From NCBI GenBank assembly GCA_045649105.1, contig JAZRPG010000017.1, positions 28,006-92,005 on the forward strand: a stretch of DNA of 64,000 bases, written 5' to 3'. Source of the stretch: Eubacteriales bacterium (lineage in GTDB: Bacteria > Bacillota > Clostridia > Oscillospirales > JAAYXM01). This document shows, piece after piece, positions 1 through 9,882 of the stretch. Position 1 is the first letter of the stretch, and every line of letters starts with the position of its first letter. The notes below the pieces were generated by a model that had not been told where the DNA came from, ran no database searches, and saw only the letters and a program-made list of their open reading frames with translations. The translations under genes were made by a program, and so were the position numbers.

Positions 1-735
1 GTAAAAATCACTGCCTGCGGCAGAGCTTCCGAGGACCCCTGTGCTTATAAACGCAACTGCCGAAAAGGCTATGCCCGATGCCGCAACCGCCGAGCAGAAA
101 ACGCCTCTCCGTGAGGAATTATGCTCCATTCTTGTATATACTGACATAAGCGGAATAAGCGTTCCGAAGCGGTTCATAAACACCTCTGCCGCACCCGTCA
201 GCACATGCGGCACGGCGGAGGCTGAAACGCGCGGAAAGTGCGGCTCGGTAAATTTTATACCAAACGCCGCAAATACAAGAAAGACAAAAACAGAGAACCA
301 AAACAGAAGGCGCGCCGAGCCTGCCGCCGAGTGAAGCCCCGAGCGGAATGAAAGCGATGCGACAAGAACGAGGATAAGCGGGATTATTATCTGCGGCGTG
401 CGCGGAAGCGCCGTAAGCTGGACAAACCTGTTAAACACCACGAGCGGCACAACGCCGCCGATAAGGGCAAGCAGGATAAGAAGGGCGGCGCATATTCTTC
501 CGAAAACTCCGCCGAAAAGAGTTTTAAGAACCGCGTAAAATGACTTTTCGGGATTCCTGTCACACACATATGCAAGAAGCCATGCGGAAAGCACCGCCGC
601 CGCACATGCAAGCAGATTGGAAAGCACCGCGTCGCCCTCGCCCCTTGTGCCGTACACTACGGAATACGAGTTTGTCATCAGCATAAGAACAGTCAGCATA
701 AAGCCCTGTCCGTTTGTTATCTTGTCGCTGTTCAT
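1..735 (-). CDS. GerAB-type spore germination permease (N-terminal part; continues off window start)
   Basis: Hand translation of the minus strand from ATG 735-733 gives MNSDKITNGQGFMLTVLMLMTNSYSVVYGTRGEGDAVLSNLLACAAAVLSAWLL... It is a hydrophobic multi-TM protein with no stop before position 1, so it is absent from the ORF track. A GAGGT SD lies upstream, and it follows GerAA/GerAC in the same operon. Confidence 0.7.
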   Translation of the reverse strand, partial: MNSDKITNGQGFMLTVLMLMTNSYSVVYGTRGEGDAVLSNLLACAAAVLSAWLLAYVCDRNPEKSFYAVLKTLFGGVFGRICAALLILLALIGGVVPLVVFNRFVQLTALPRTPQIIIPLILVLVASLSFRSGLHSAAGSARLLFWFSVFVFLVFAAFGIKFTEPHFPRVSASAVPHVLTGAAEVFMNRFGTLIPLMSVYTRMEHNSSRRGVFCSAVAASGIAFSAVAFISTGVLGSSAAGSDFY

Positions 736-739
736 AATC

Positions 740-934
740 CTACCTCATAAAAAGAGAAATCATTCCCGAAAGTGATGCCCCCACATGGTCGAGCCGCGCG
801 CCTATCCCTGCAGGGATTCCGAGCAGAACCGCAAGCGCGGATATTATGGCATAGATAAGCTTTTCCCGCCCTTTGCGGTTGCGGCGGTCTGTAAAGATGA
901 TTGCAATATATATTGCAGGCAGAAAAACTGCCAC
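740..934 (-). CDS. small two-TM membrane protein inside the ger operon (possible D-subunit-like accessory protein)
   Basis: 64-aa ORF with a GTG start 2 nt after the GerAC stop, preceded by GGGGGAGGAA. It has two hydrophobic segments (AVFLPAIYIAIIF and LIYAIISALAVLLGIPAGIGA) split by a basic loop. Its stop is 4 nt before the GerAB ATG. Confidence 0.5.
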   Translation of the reverse strand: MAVFLPAIYIAIIFTDRRNRKGREKLIYAIISALAVLLGIPAGIGARLDHVGASLSGMISLFMR

Positions 935-936
935 AG

Positions 937-1941
937 CTATTCCTCCCCCTCCCGAAGCATTCCCGCGCGGTTTAAGACCACATCAAAGCTCAGCTCCGTT
1001 TTCTCTGCGTCCGTAATGCCGAGAATTTCGGCAAAGCCCGCGTCCTGTGCGTATTTCAAAACCTCTCTGCCCTTGTCGTTCAGATACTGCCCGCAGGACG
1101 CGCGAAGCTCTCCGTCTTCTCCCTCGTGGCCTGAGCTTATGCTTCCGAGCGACACAACCATGCGGCATTTTATTTCTTCTCTTCCGTTTCTTGTGCGGCG
1201 CTCGACATCGTTTTTAAGTATTTCAAACGAAACCCGCTCTCCCGAATCCGTCACAAGCCGCGGCAGGTACCCGCCTGCTCCCGAATCCGTCATAAGCGTG
1301 TACAGAAGCATCTGCTCATCGTCAAAAAAGCCCGCAAGGGCGCCGTCCTTTATAACCGCGCCGCCGCCGACGCGCGGCATTCCGTCCTCAAGTCTGATTG
1401 TCGAAAGGACATATGCATGTGTCTTTGACTCGCTTCGCAGTATTTCCCATATCTGAGTGTTAAAAAAGCGCTTTGAATTTGCCGCGTTTGCAAACATGTC
1501 GTACACAGTCTCAGACGGCGGAGAGCCGCTTTGCGCTTTTGCGGAGATTATATCCCCTGCGCGGCAGCCTCGTGCTACGGCTGCCGATATATTCATATAT
1601 ACATCCTGCGACCGTCGGAGAACATCAAGCACCTCGGGTATGTCCTTTTTTGCCGCGCCTTCACCGAGCAAAAGAAGCCTGCAATGCCCCCAGTAAAGCT
1701 TTTTCCCGACACTTGATGTCGCATTGCGCACCGCGTCAAAAAAGCCCGCGCCTTCCGTAACATATACCGCGCCTGATTCCTCTCCGCTGCCCGCAGTCTG
1801 TATCGTTACCGTGACGCCGTCCTCCTTTGTATCTATTCCGACGCCGAGAACAAGCTCCTGCATATTAAGCTCGTTATAATCCCAACATCCCGTGAGAATA
1901 AAAAGACACGAAACGGCAAAAAGAATTTTTAAAATACGCAT
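937..1941 (-). CDS. Ger(x)C-family spore germination lipoprotein
   Basis: ORF track 937..1989. The internal Met gives MRILKILFAVSCLFILTGC (signal peptide plus lipobox). ATG 1941 is preceded by GGAGG and lies just after the GerAA stop. Length and context fit GerAC. Confidence 0.8.
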   Translation of the reverse strand: MRILKILFAVSCLFILTGCWDYNELNMQELVLGVGIDTKEDGVTVTIQTAGSGEESGAVYVTEGAGFFDAVRNATSSVGKKLYWGHCRLLLLGEGAAKKDIPEVLDVLRRSQDVYMNISAAVARGCRAGDIISAKAQSGSPPSETVYDMFANAANSKRFFNTQIWEILRSESKTHAYVLSTIRLEDGMPRVGGGAVIKDGALAGFFDDEQMLLYTLMTDSGAGGYLPRLVTDSGERVSFEILKNDVERRTRNGREEIKCRMVVSLGSISSGHEGEDGELRASCGQYLNDKGREVLKYAQDAGFAEILGITDAEKTELSFDVVLNRAGMLREGEE

Positions 1942-1945
1942 CGGC

Positions 1946-3448
1946 CTACCTCCTTCGGAAGCGAATGGAGTTTCTCCGCTGTATTGCACTCGGCCGCCGC
2001 TTCATTTTCCACCACGGCGCACGCACATACGTATCCTTTGCACCCTGAGCGCTTCTGGGAATAAGATATGCCGTAAACTCCACGCCGAACGACTTAAGCG
2101 ACGATATATGCGCGGTGAATATTATAACGCCTATTGCATATCCGTATATCCCGAGCGTTGCAGAGAGAAGAAGCAGCGCAAGGCGCATTAAGATTATCTC
2201 CGATTCAAGCTTCGGCGTCAGAAATGACGCGATTCCGCACACCGCGACAATTATAATCATCTCTGCCGAAACGATATTCGCCGCGACTATGCTCTGCCCG
2301 AGCACAATGGCGCCGACCGTGCTCACCGTCACGCCGATTGCCTTCGGAAGACGCAGGCCGCCCTCACGCAGAAGGTCAAACAGGAGCAGCAGAATGAGCA
2401 TTTCAAATGCCGCGGGAAACGGCACCGCCGCACGCGAGCTTGCAATGCTCTGCAGAAGCGAAAGCGGGATAAGCTCCTTGTGATACGATATAAGCGCGAC
2501 ATAAAGTGCAGGAAGGCTTACCGCCGTAAAGAACGCAAAAAAGCGCAGAAGCCGCGAAAAGACGGCAAAATAGTAGTTTACATAGTAGTCCTCGTTCGAC
2601 TGGAAATTCTCTATAAACAGAAAAGGCGCCGTCAGCACAAAAGGCGTCCCGTCACACAGAAGCGCAATATGACCCTCGAGAAGCTTTGCCGCGACGACAT
2701 CGGGGCGCTCCGTTTTCCCGAGCGTATTAAACGGCGAGGACGGCGAGTCCGATATAAGCTCCTCTATGTAGCTTATATCGAGCACCGAGTCAATCTCAAA
2801 CGAATTAAGCCGCGCAATCATCTCCGCAACCATTCTGTCCTCACAAAGCCCGTCTACATACGTAATGCATACGCGCGTCTTGCTTACGTTCCCCAGCTCA
2901 AAAAAGCGGAATTTCAGGTTCGGATTTCTCATTTTTCGCCGCACAAGCCCGATATTTGCAACGATAAGCTCCGTAAAGCCTTCCTTCGGCCCGTTTACTG
3001 AGTTTTCTGTCTCAGGGACGCCGACACTGCGTATGTTATACTTTTTTGAGTTTGCTATAACGGCGCTCGGGCATGTATCAAGCAGAATCACCGTATCGCC
3101 GATGAGGATGCTGTTTACCGCGTCGATGGGCCTTGCCCGCGTCTTTATATCGTCCGTATTGACTACCGCCGCGGCAAACTCCTCCGCAAGATTTTCACCG
3201 AGCGATTTTCCGACAGGCGGAACGCTCATAAGCGGCCTTACGACATTCTGGTCTATTATTATATTGTTTATAAGCACCTCGGTAAATATAATACAGCCGC
3301 GAACTTTTTTGTCATGCCTGTTTTCAAAGCGGCGAAATATAACCGTGTCGTCATGCATGAGTATCTGCTTCATAAGCGCTATGTCTTCTTCAAGAACTCC
3401 CGAAAAGCGCATGCTCTCAAGCTCTTTTGTCGTGTAGCCTTTCCCCAT
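1946..3448 (-). CDS. GerA-family spore germination protein, A subunit
   Basis: 500 aa with a soluble N-terminal domain followed by a C-terminal multi-TM region (FFAFFTAVSLPALYVALISYHKELIPLSLLQSIA...), typical of GerAA/GerKA. Confidence 0.85.
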   Translation of the reverse strand: MGKGYTTKELESMRFSGVLEEDIALMKQILMHDDTVIFRRFENRHDKKVRGCIIFTEVLINNIIIDQNVVRPLMSVPPVGKSLGENLAEEFAAAVVNTDDIKTRARPIDAVNSILIGDTVILLDTCPSAVIANSKKYNIRSVGVPETENSVNGPKEGFTELIVANIGLVRRKMRNPNLKFRFFELGNVSKTRVCITYVDGLCEDRMVAEMIARLNSFEIDSVLDISYIEELISDSPSSPFNTLGKTERPDVVAAKLLEGHIALLCDGTPFVLTAPFLFIENFQSNEDYYVNYYFAVFSRLLRFFAFFTAVSLPALYVALISYHKELIPLSLLQSIASSRAAVPFPAAFEMLILLLLFDLLREGGLRLPKAIGVTVSTVGAIVLGQSIVAANIVSAEMIIIVAVCGIASFLTPKLESEIILMRLALLLLSATLGIYGYAIGVIIFTAHISSLKSFGVEFTAYLIPRSAQGAKDTYVRAPWWKMKRRPSAIQRRNSIRFRRR

Positions 3449-3574
3449 AGCTTCCTCCGCGTCATAGTTTATGGAATTAATTTTCCCGTTAAAAAAGGCT
3501 TTTATGCAAATTCTGCAAATAAAAAAACACAGCGGGAAGTATCTCCTTCCGCTGTGCTTTTATTCTTCAGAACC

Positions 3575-4264
3575 TTATTTATTTTCGGCAAAAAGACTCT
3601 CTATCGTCTTATCTCCGTATACGCCTTCCCAATCCTTGGTGAAGTCGTATATCGCCTTTGTCGTCATCGGGTGGTACATAAGTGTTGAGAACAGGTCTGA
3701 GCTTATGGTAACTGCCTGACAGCCGACCATGGCTATCTTGTGAATCTGCTCAACCGTCTTGAAGCTTGCCGCAAGAACCTTGCATTTTATGTTCTGCTTG
3801 TTGAACATCTCAACTATCTCGGTAACAACATTTACACCGTCGCTTACTATATTGTCGAGTCGGTTTACATACGGTGCTACAAAATCCGCGCCCGCTTTTG
3901 CCGCGATAAGCGCCTGCTGCTGCGTGAATATTGCAGTCATCGTTATATTAAAGCCCTCTTCCTTGAGCTTCATTGTCGCCTTGAGTCCTTCCTCGCAAAT
4001 CGGAATTTTTACATAAAAATTCCCGCCGACATACTCGCGCAGTTTCCGCGCCTCACTTATCATTTCCTCCGCAGTTTTTCCCGTGACCTGGATATGGAAC
4101 ATGCGTCCGTCGCCTATAATGCTGCGAATCTCGCGGATAAGCCCGAGAAAATCGGCATTTTCTCTTGAAATGAGCGTCGGATTCGTCGTTACGCCGTCAA
4201 CCGGGTAGAACTCCACAAGTCGGCGTATCTCCTCTACATTTGCCGTGTCAATTACATATAACAT
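3575..4264 (-). CDS. transaldolase-family protein (fructose-6-phosphate aldolase / TalC-like)
   Basis: 229 aa, MLYVIDTANVEEIRRLVEFYPVDGVTTNPTLI...VKIP...ALIAAKAGADFVAPYVNRLD. These are short-type transaldolase/Fsa signatures. Confidence 0.8.
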   Translation of the reverse strand: MLYVIDTANVEEIRRLVEFYPVDGVTTNPTLISRENADFLGLIREIRSIIGDGRMFHIQVTGKTAEEMISEARKLREYVGGNFYVKIPICEEGLKATMKLKEEGFNITMTAIFTQQQALIAAKAGADFVAPYVNRLDNIVSDGVNVVTEIVEMFNKQNIKCKVLAASFKTVEQIHKIAMVGCQAVTISSDLFSTLMYHPMTTKAIYDFTKDWEGVYGDKTIESLFAENK

Positions 4265-4296
4265 ATTTTTCTCCTTTCGGTTTTTAAAGGCATAAT

Positions 4297-5262
4297 TTAT
4301 CTGTTTTCTCTGAAGTACGGCTCGCCAAGGCTCAAAGGCGCCTGGAACTCGCGCTTGTTTCTCATGGTTATAAACATGAGAACAAGGATTGTTACAACAT
4401 ACGGAGCCATGTCAAGAAGCTGTGCGCTGAGCTTTATCGTCGTCCCGAAGATGACAAGCTCGCCCTGAAGCTTAAACGCAAGACCGCGCACCGCGCCGAA
4501 GAGATATGCGCCGAGAATTGCGCGGAGCGGATTCCACATTGCAAATATTACGAGCGCGACGGAAATCCAGCCTGCACCTGCGGTAAGGTCAATATTCCAC
4601 CGACCTACATATACCATGGAATAGTACCCTCCTCCGACTCCGCAAAGAAAGCCGCCGAGAAGTACATGGATATATTTATGAAGCGTTACATTTATGCCCG
4701 ATGCGTCTGCCGCCGCGGGACTCTCTCCCACAACGCGTGCGTTAAGCCCCACATTCGTCTTTTTAAAATATATGTATATTACCACGGCGCACAGAATGGC
4801 ACCCAACACAAACGGGCTCTGCTCAAACAGCATTTTTCCGATAACGGGGATATCCGAAAGCACGGGGATTTTGTGAATCCCCATCGGCAGCGCGACCGAC
4901 TCGGGAAGTGACTTTCCCGAAACGGAAGCGCCTATAAGCCCTGCCGCGCCGCTTCCGAAGGTTGCAAGCGCAAGACCCGTTACGACCTGATTCCCCCTGA
5001 GCGTTATTGTTATTATCCCGTAAATAAGTGCGCCGAAAGCGCCCGCAGCACCTGCGGCAAGAACCGCAAGAATAACATTCTCCGTATTATATGCAACGAG
5101 AAATCCTGTTGACGCGCCGAGAAGCATCATACCCTCTATTCCGAGGTTCATATTCCCGACCTTCTCGCTCATAATGCCGCCGAGTGTTCCGAAAAGGACG
5201 TGCGTGCCGAGCTGTGCAATGACCTGCAAAAACAGGCTCGTCTGAAGAAGAAACTCCATCAT
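4297..5262 (-). CDS. ABC transporter permease (BMP/nucleoside type, YufQ/NupQ-like)
   Basis: 321-aa polytopic membrane protein. ATGA overlap with the upstream permease; operon with a BMP lipoprotein and a duplicated ATPase. Confidence 0.8.
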   Translation of the reverse strand: MMEFLLQTSLFLQVIAQLGTHVLFGTLGGIMSEKVGNMNLGIEGMMLLGASTGFLVAYNTENVILAVLAAGAAGAFGALIYGIITITLRGNQVVTGLALATFGSGAAGLIGASVSGKSLPESVALPMGIHKIPVLSDIPVIGKMLFEQSPFVLGAILCAVVIYIYFKKTNVGLNARVVGESPAAADASGINVTLHKYIHVLLGGFLCGVGGGYYSMVYVGRWNIDLTAGAGWISVALVIFAMWNPLRAILGAYLFGAVRGLAFKLQGELVIFGTTIKLSAQLLDMAPYVVTILVLMFITMRNKREFQAPLSLGEPYFRENR

Positions 5263-6323
5263 TTCCCTGCATCTCCCTTCTCCGCGCGGCGGACAATTCT
5301 GTAGTTTATAAAGAACTCACTGCCGAGAACAAAGAAGATTATAACTGCCTGCAGTGCATATATCATGGAAATCGGGATTCGCATTGATGTTTCAAGATAG
5401 CTTCCGCCCGCAAGAAGAATCGCAAACAAAAACGATGTTGCGACAACGGCAGGAGGCGAAAGGCGCGCAAGGTATGTAGTTATAACCGCGGTAAAGCCAA
5501 GGCCGCCCGTAAACTGCTCGGTAAGCGTCTTTTCGACGGCAGATGTCTGTACCATGCCTGCAAGTCCGCAAAGAGCACCTGAGAGAATTACCGCCCAGAC
5601 GGTGATGTTCTTTACATTTATTCCTGCATATCTTGCAGTTTCGCGGCTCTCGCCGAGAACGGAAATCTCATACCCGAATTTTGTACGGCTGATTAATATA
5701 TACACAACAAGCGTAAGCACAAGCGCTATAATCCACCCGATATGTATACCTAAAACGCTCGGAAGGACTGCATTCGGCTCAAATGTCGCTATCTTCGGCA
5801 TTCCGCCGTCCTCGCGCCACGGGCCGTACTGCAGATATGTAATCCAACGCAATGCAACGTAGTTTAACATCAGCGTTACAAGTGTTTCATTCGTTCCGAA
5901 CTTTACTTTTAACAACGCAGGGATAAGTGACCAGAGCCCGCCGCATACAACTCCGGCCGCCGCCATGAGCGGAAGCAGGACATACGCAGGAAGCCACGAA
6001 AAGTTAAGCGCAAAATATGCGGCACCGAACGCGCCCATGCACATCTGACCCTCGGCGCCGATGTTCCAGAACTTCATCTTAAATGCAATAAGCGTTCCGA
6101 GAGACAGAATTACGAGCGGGATTGCCTTGTTAAGAGTTGCGCGGAGCCTGTATGCTGACCCGAGCGCGCCGCGCACAAGGTCACCGTAGAATTTTACGGG
6201 ATTTATCCCCATAAGCATAACTATAAGCCCTGCGGCGACAAGTGCAATGACAACTGCAAGAATCTGTGCAAGTACTGCACGGTCCGGAGAAAGCTCCGGT
6301 TTCTTAACTATACGAAACATCAC
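5259..6323 (-). CDS. ABC transporter permease (BMP/nucleoside type, YufP/NupP-like)
   Basis: 354-aa polytopic membrane protein overlapping the ATPase stop by 4 nt. Confidence 0.8.
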   Translation of the reverse strand: MMFRIVKKPELSPDRAVLAQILAVVIALVAAGLIVMLMGINPVKFYGDLVRGALGSAYRLRATLNKAIPLVILSLGTLIAFKMKFWNIGAEGQMCMGAFGAAYFALNFSWLPAYVLLPLMAAAGVVCGGLWSLIPALLKVKFGTNETLVTLMLNYVALRWITYLQYGPWREDGGMPKIATFEPNAVLPSVLGIHIGWIIALVLTLVVYILISRTKFGYEISVLGESRETARYAGINVKNITVWAVILSGALCGLAGMVQTSAVEKTLTEQFTGGLGFTAVITTYLARLSPPAVVATSFLFAILLAGGSYLETSMRIPISMIYALQAVIIFFVLGSEFFINYRIVRRAEKGDAGK

Positions 6324-7876
6324 TTTGCCTCCTTCTTGCCGCGCTCTCCGAGCATCAACAGGCCGACATCCTCTTTTGTAACCGTCCTCGGGTCGACTAT
6401 GTCCATAACTTCGCCGCCCGACATTACAAGAACTCTGTCACAAAGCTCCAGAAGAACATCAAGGTCCTCACCGATAAATAAAATTGCGACGCCTTCCTGC
6501 TTTTGCTTGTTTAAAATGTCGTATATGCCGTACGATGCGCCGATATCAAGCCCGCGCACGGGATATGCCGTAATGAGAAGTATGGGATTAAGCTCAACCT
6601 CGCGCCCCAGAAGCACCTTCTGGATGTTTCCGCCTGAGAGCTTCCTCAAAATATGGTTTACGGACGGGGTCTTTATCCGATAGCGGCTTACTATGTCCTC
6701 CGCCTTCTTCTTCCCGGCCTTTCTGTCTACAAAAATGCCCTTTTGCTTCTGGAAGGAGCGGAGCAAAATGTTATTTGTTATGTCCATTCCCGCAACAAGC
6801 CCCATGCCGAGCCTGTCCTCAGGGACGAATGACATGCTGATTCCGCGCCGCAGAATTTCAATCGGTGACATACCGAGGATTTCCTCGCCCCGGAATCTTA
6901 CGCTCCCCTCACATGCCGTTTCCATGCCTGCAATAATCTCACAAAGCTCCTTCTGCCCGCTTCCCGCGATTCCCGCAACGCCGAGAATTTCGCCGCCGCG
7001 AATGGAAAAGGTCATATCCTTAAGTATTTTTCTTCCGCTCGCATTCACGCATGAAAGCCCGCTCACTTCAAGAACATTTTCCTTTGAAAGCTCGGCCTGC
7101 GGCCGCTCAATCTCGAGCTTTACCGCCTTTCCGACCATGAGCTCCGTGAGCTCCTGCGGGTTCGTCTCCGCCGTGTTCACCGTTTTGACGGTCTCCCCGT
7201 CGCGCAGAACGGTTACCCTGTCGCTTATCTCCATAACCTCATTGAGCTTATGGGTGATTATTATAATTGCGCATCCCTGCTTCTTCATGTTTCGCAGTAT
7301 GTCAAAAAGAACCTCCGCCTCCTGCGGCGTGAGGACTGCCGTCGGCTCGTCAAGGATAAACATGCTCGCGCCGCGATACAGCATCTTTACAATTTCGACA
7401 GTCTGCTTTTCTCCGACAGACATATTGTATACTTTTTTATCCGGGTCAAGCTCAAGTCCGTATTTTTCGCATATATTGACTATCTTTTCGGATATTTTTT
7501 TCGGGTTTCTGAAGAAAGCGCGCTCACTTCCCGCCGAAATATTCTCCGCAGCGGTCATGACCTCAACAAGCTTAAAGTGCTGATGTACCATTCCTATCCC
7601 TGCCGAAAGCGAGCTGTGCGGTGACGCAAAGACGCACTCCTTCCCCTCAATTACAATGGTGCCTGCGTCAGGAGAATATATGCCTGCAAGCATATTCATA
7701 AGTGTGCTTTTTCCCGAGCCATTCTCGCCGAGAAGGGCATGGATTTCGCCTCTTTTTACTTCAAGGTTTGCATCCTTGTTTGCGGCGACTTGCCCGAAGT
7801 ATTTGCAAATCCCCTGCATTTTAATGCAGACTTCACCTGTCATATCCCTCTCCACCTTTCCGGAAACATAGGTCAA
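6320..7876 (-). CDS. ABC transporter ATP-binding protein with two fused ATPase domains
   Basis: 518 aa with Walker A GENGSGKST, signature LSVGEKQ, Walker B ILDEPT and a second half (LSGGNIQK). The true start may be the internal Met at about 7843 (MTGEVCIKMQG...). Confidence 0.85.
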   Translation of the reverse strand: MTYVSGKVERDMTGEVCIKMQGICKYFGQVAANKDANLEVKRGEIHALLGENGSGKSTLMNMLAGIYSPDAGTIVIEGKECVFASPHSSLSAGIGMVHQHFKLVEVMTAAENISAGSERAFFRNPKKISEKIVNICEKYGLELDPDKKVYNMSVGEKQTVEIVKMLYRGASMFILDEPTAVLTPQEAEVLFDILRNMKKQGCAIIIITHKLNEVMEISDRVTVLRDGETVKTVNTAETNPQELTELMVGKAVKLEIERPQAELSKENVLEVSGLSCVNASGRKILKDMTFSIRGGEILGVAGIAGSGQKELCEIIAGMETACEGSVRFRGEEILGMSPIEILRRGISMSFVPEDRLGMGLVAGMDITNNILLRSFQKQKGIFVDRKAGKKKAEDIVSRYRIKTPSVNHILRKLSGGNIQKVLLGREVELNPILLITAYPVRGLDIGASYGIYDILNKQKQEGVAILFIGEDLDVLLELCDRVLVMSGGEVMDIVDPRTVTKEDVGLLMLGERGKKEAK

Positions 7877-7900
7877 TACAGCTTGACTTTCTGAAGCTTT

Positions 7901-7971
7901 AAAAGGGATACGGGCAAAAAATCTCGTATCCCTTTTAAAACCGAGGGGGTTCGGAAATTCCGAATCCCCTC
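7901..7971 (-). terminator. two tandem stem-loops between the SBP gene and the ATPase gene (intra-operon attenuator candidates)
   Basis: GGGATACG/CGTATCCC (7905-7912 with 7925-7932) and GAGGGGGTTCGG/CCGAATCCCCTC (7943-7954 with 7960-7971). Each is followed by a short T-run on the minus strand. Confidence 0.45.
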
Positions 7972-7990
7972 TGGATAAAGGTTCTTATAA

Positions 7991-9103
7991 TTATGCGTCG
8001 ATAGAACCGATAACGCCCTCGATGAACCAATTCATGTTATAGATTTCTTCGTTTGTCATGCCGTTCGGGTACTTGACAGCGCCTGACTGGTCCTTAATCT
8101 CTCCTGAGAAGAGAACGAGAGAACCGTCGATGATGCCTGCCTTTGCAGCCTCAACCTTTTCAGCCGTGCCCGGTGCACAGAGGTCTGAAAGCTCGTCAAG
8201 ACCGACCCAGCCGGAAGCGAGGCCTTCCCAGTAGGAAGCAGGCTCCCATGTGCCGTCGATTACTCTGTTTACGCAGTCAACATAGAACTTGTCCCAGTGG
8301 AAGAGCGGAGCTGTAAGGTATGCCTTCGGTGCAGCGTCCGGAGTCGGAGTGTTGTAGCCGATAGCAAACTTGCCCTTCTCCTGTGCTGCGAGCTGCGGAG
8401 CCGGAGAGTCCTGATGCTGCTCGATAACATCGCAGCCCTTGTCAAGAAGCTCAACTGCTGCCTGCTTCTCAACAGCCGGGTCATACCATGTATTTGTCCA
8501 GACAACCTCAACAGTTGCGTCCGGATTTACTGACTGTACGCCGAGTGTGAATGCGTTGATGCCGCGGATAACTTCCGGAATCTGCATAGCGGCAACATAG
8601 CCTATCTTGTTTGCCTCTGTCTTCATACCTGCAACGATACCTGCAAGGTAACGGGACTCAATAACTCTGCCCATGTAGTTGCACATGTTCGGGAGTGTCT
8701 TATATCCTGTTGCATGGTTAAAGTAAATGTTCGGATACTCTTTTGCAACGGTCTCTGTGTAATCCATATGACCGAAGCTTGTTGTGAAGATAACATTGCA
8801 GCCTGCATCAACAAGCTCGCGAACTGCTACTTCGCAGTCTGCGTTCTCTTGAATGTTCTCCTTGTAGAGGCACTCAATACCCTCAGCCTCAAGAGCAAGT
8901 CTGCCCTTGTCATGAGCCTGTGTATAACCGCCGTCGTTGATATCGCCGATGTAAACAAATCCGACCTTTAAGTCTTCCTTTGCAATCGGCTTAAGCGCTG
9001 CATCTGCATTTGCGTCTTTTTCCCCTGCACCTGTTTCTCCGCAAGCTGCAAGTGCGAAGACCATGAGTGCTGCCATAAGAAGTGCCAGAATTCTCTTTGC
9101 CAT
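7991..9103 (-). CDS. BMP-family ABC transporter substrate-binding lipoprotein (nucleoside-binding type)
   Basis: 370 aa, MAKRILALLMAALMVFALAAC lipoprotein signal; BMP/PnrA/Med-like sequence (VGFVYIGDINDGGYTQAHDKG...). Confidence 0.85.
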   Translation of the reverse strand: MAKRILALLMAALMVFALAACGETGAGEKDANADAALKPIAKEDLKVGFVYIGDINDGGYTQAHDKGRLALEAEGIECLYKENIQENADCEVAVRELVDAGCNVIFTTSFGHMDYTETVAKEYPNIYFNHATGYKTLPNMCNYMGRVIESRYLAGIVAGMKTEANKIGYVAAMQIPEVIRGINAFTLGVQSVNPDATVEVVWTNTWYDPAVEKQAAVELLDKGCDVIEQHQDSPAPQLAAQEKGKFAIGYNTPTPDAAPKAYLTAPLFHWDKFYVDCVNRVIDGTWEPASYWEGLASGWVGLDELSDLCAPGTAEKVEAAKAGIIDGSLVLFSGEIKDQSGAVKYPNGMTNEEIYNMNWFIEGVIGSIDA

Positions 9104-9147
9104 AATGTTTGTACCTCCTTAAAAATATAAAAGCGTTACCGCTTTGA

Positions 9148-9723
9148 TTACTGGTCAAACACAACGCCGCCCTCGGGCGTCATGGATGAGATTTTCGCGA
9201 GAGACTCAACGCGAATTCCCATCTCTCGGATTTTATCGCCGCCGTGCTGGAAGCCTTTTTCTATGACTATTCCCGCTCCGGCAACGGTCGCGCCCGCGCT
9301 CTTTACTATATCGGCAAGGCCGAGAAGAGCCGCGCCGTTTGCAAGAAAGTCGTCTATAATAAGTACCGAATCCCCTTCGGAAATGAAGGATTTTGAAACC
9401 ATTATGTCGTAATACTTGTCCTTTGTGAATGAATATACACGGCTTGTGTAAACATCGCCGGATATGTTTTTTGACTGCGCCTTTTTTGCGAACACGACAG
9501 GAACCCCGAAATACTGCGCCGCGATGCACGCTATCCCGATGCCCGATGCCTCCACGGTAAGTATCTTTGTCACGTTAGAGTCTTCAAACCGCCGTTTGAA
9601 CTCTTTCCCTATTTCGCAGAGGAACGAGACATCTATCTGATGGTTTAAGAAGCTGTCCACCTTGAGCACGTTACCGGGCCACACCTTGCCGTCTTTTAAT
9701 ATCCTGTCCTTTAAAAGCTGCAC
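9148..9723 (-). CDS. xpt: xanthine phosphoribosyltransferase
   Basis: VQLLKDRILKDGKVWPGNVLKVDSFLNHQIDV...VLIIDDFLANG (PRPP motif). The start was moved from the track start 9798 to GTG 9723, which is preceded by AGAGGTGG. Confidence 0.85.
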   Translation of the reverse strand: MQLLKDRILKDGKVWPGNVLKVDSFLNHQIDVSFLCEIGKEFKRRFEDSNVTKILTVEASGIGIACIAAQYFGVPVVFAKKAQSKNISGDVYTSRVYSFTKDKYYDIMVSKSFISEGDSVLIIDDFLANGAALLGLADIVKSAGATVAGAGIVIEKGFQHGGDKIREMGIRVESLAKISSMTPEGGVVFDQ

Positions 9724-9763
9724 GCGAACATCCACCTCTTTCCCAAAAGAGAAATATATGGTT

Positions 9764-9792
9764 ATTATATACCAATCATCAACTTTTTTCAA
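9764..9792 (-). promoter_or_regulatory. sigma-A-type promoter for xpt operon
   Basis: Minus strand reads TTGAAA (9792-9787), 17-nt spacer, TATAAT (9769-9764). This leaves only a short leader before the xpt SD. Confidence 0.5.
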
Positions 9793-9882
9793 GCACAATT
9801 TTGCATATTACGGCAGTTTCACAAGACAGCGCAGGGGCCTTTACTCCTCAAAAAATTTTTTGACAAATTCCTGAAAATCCTA

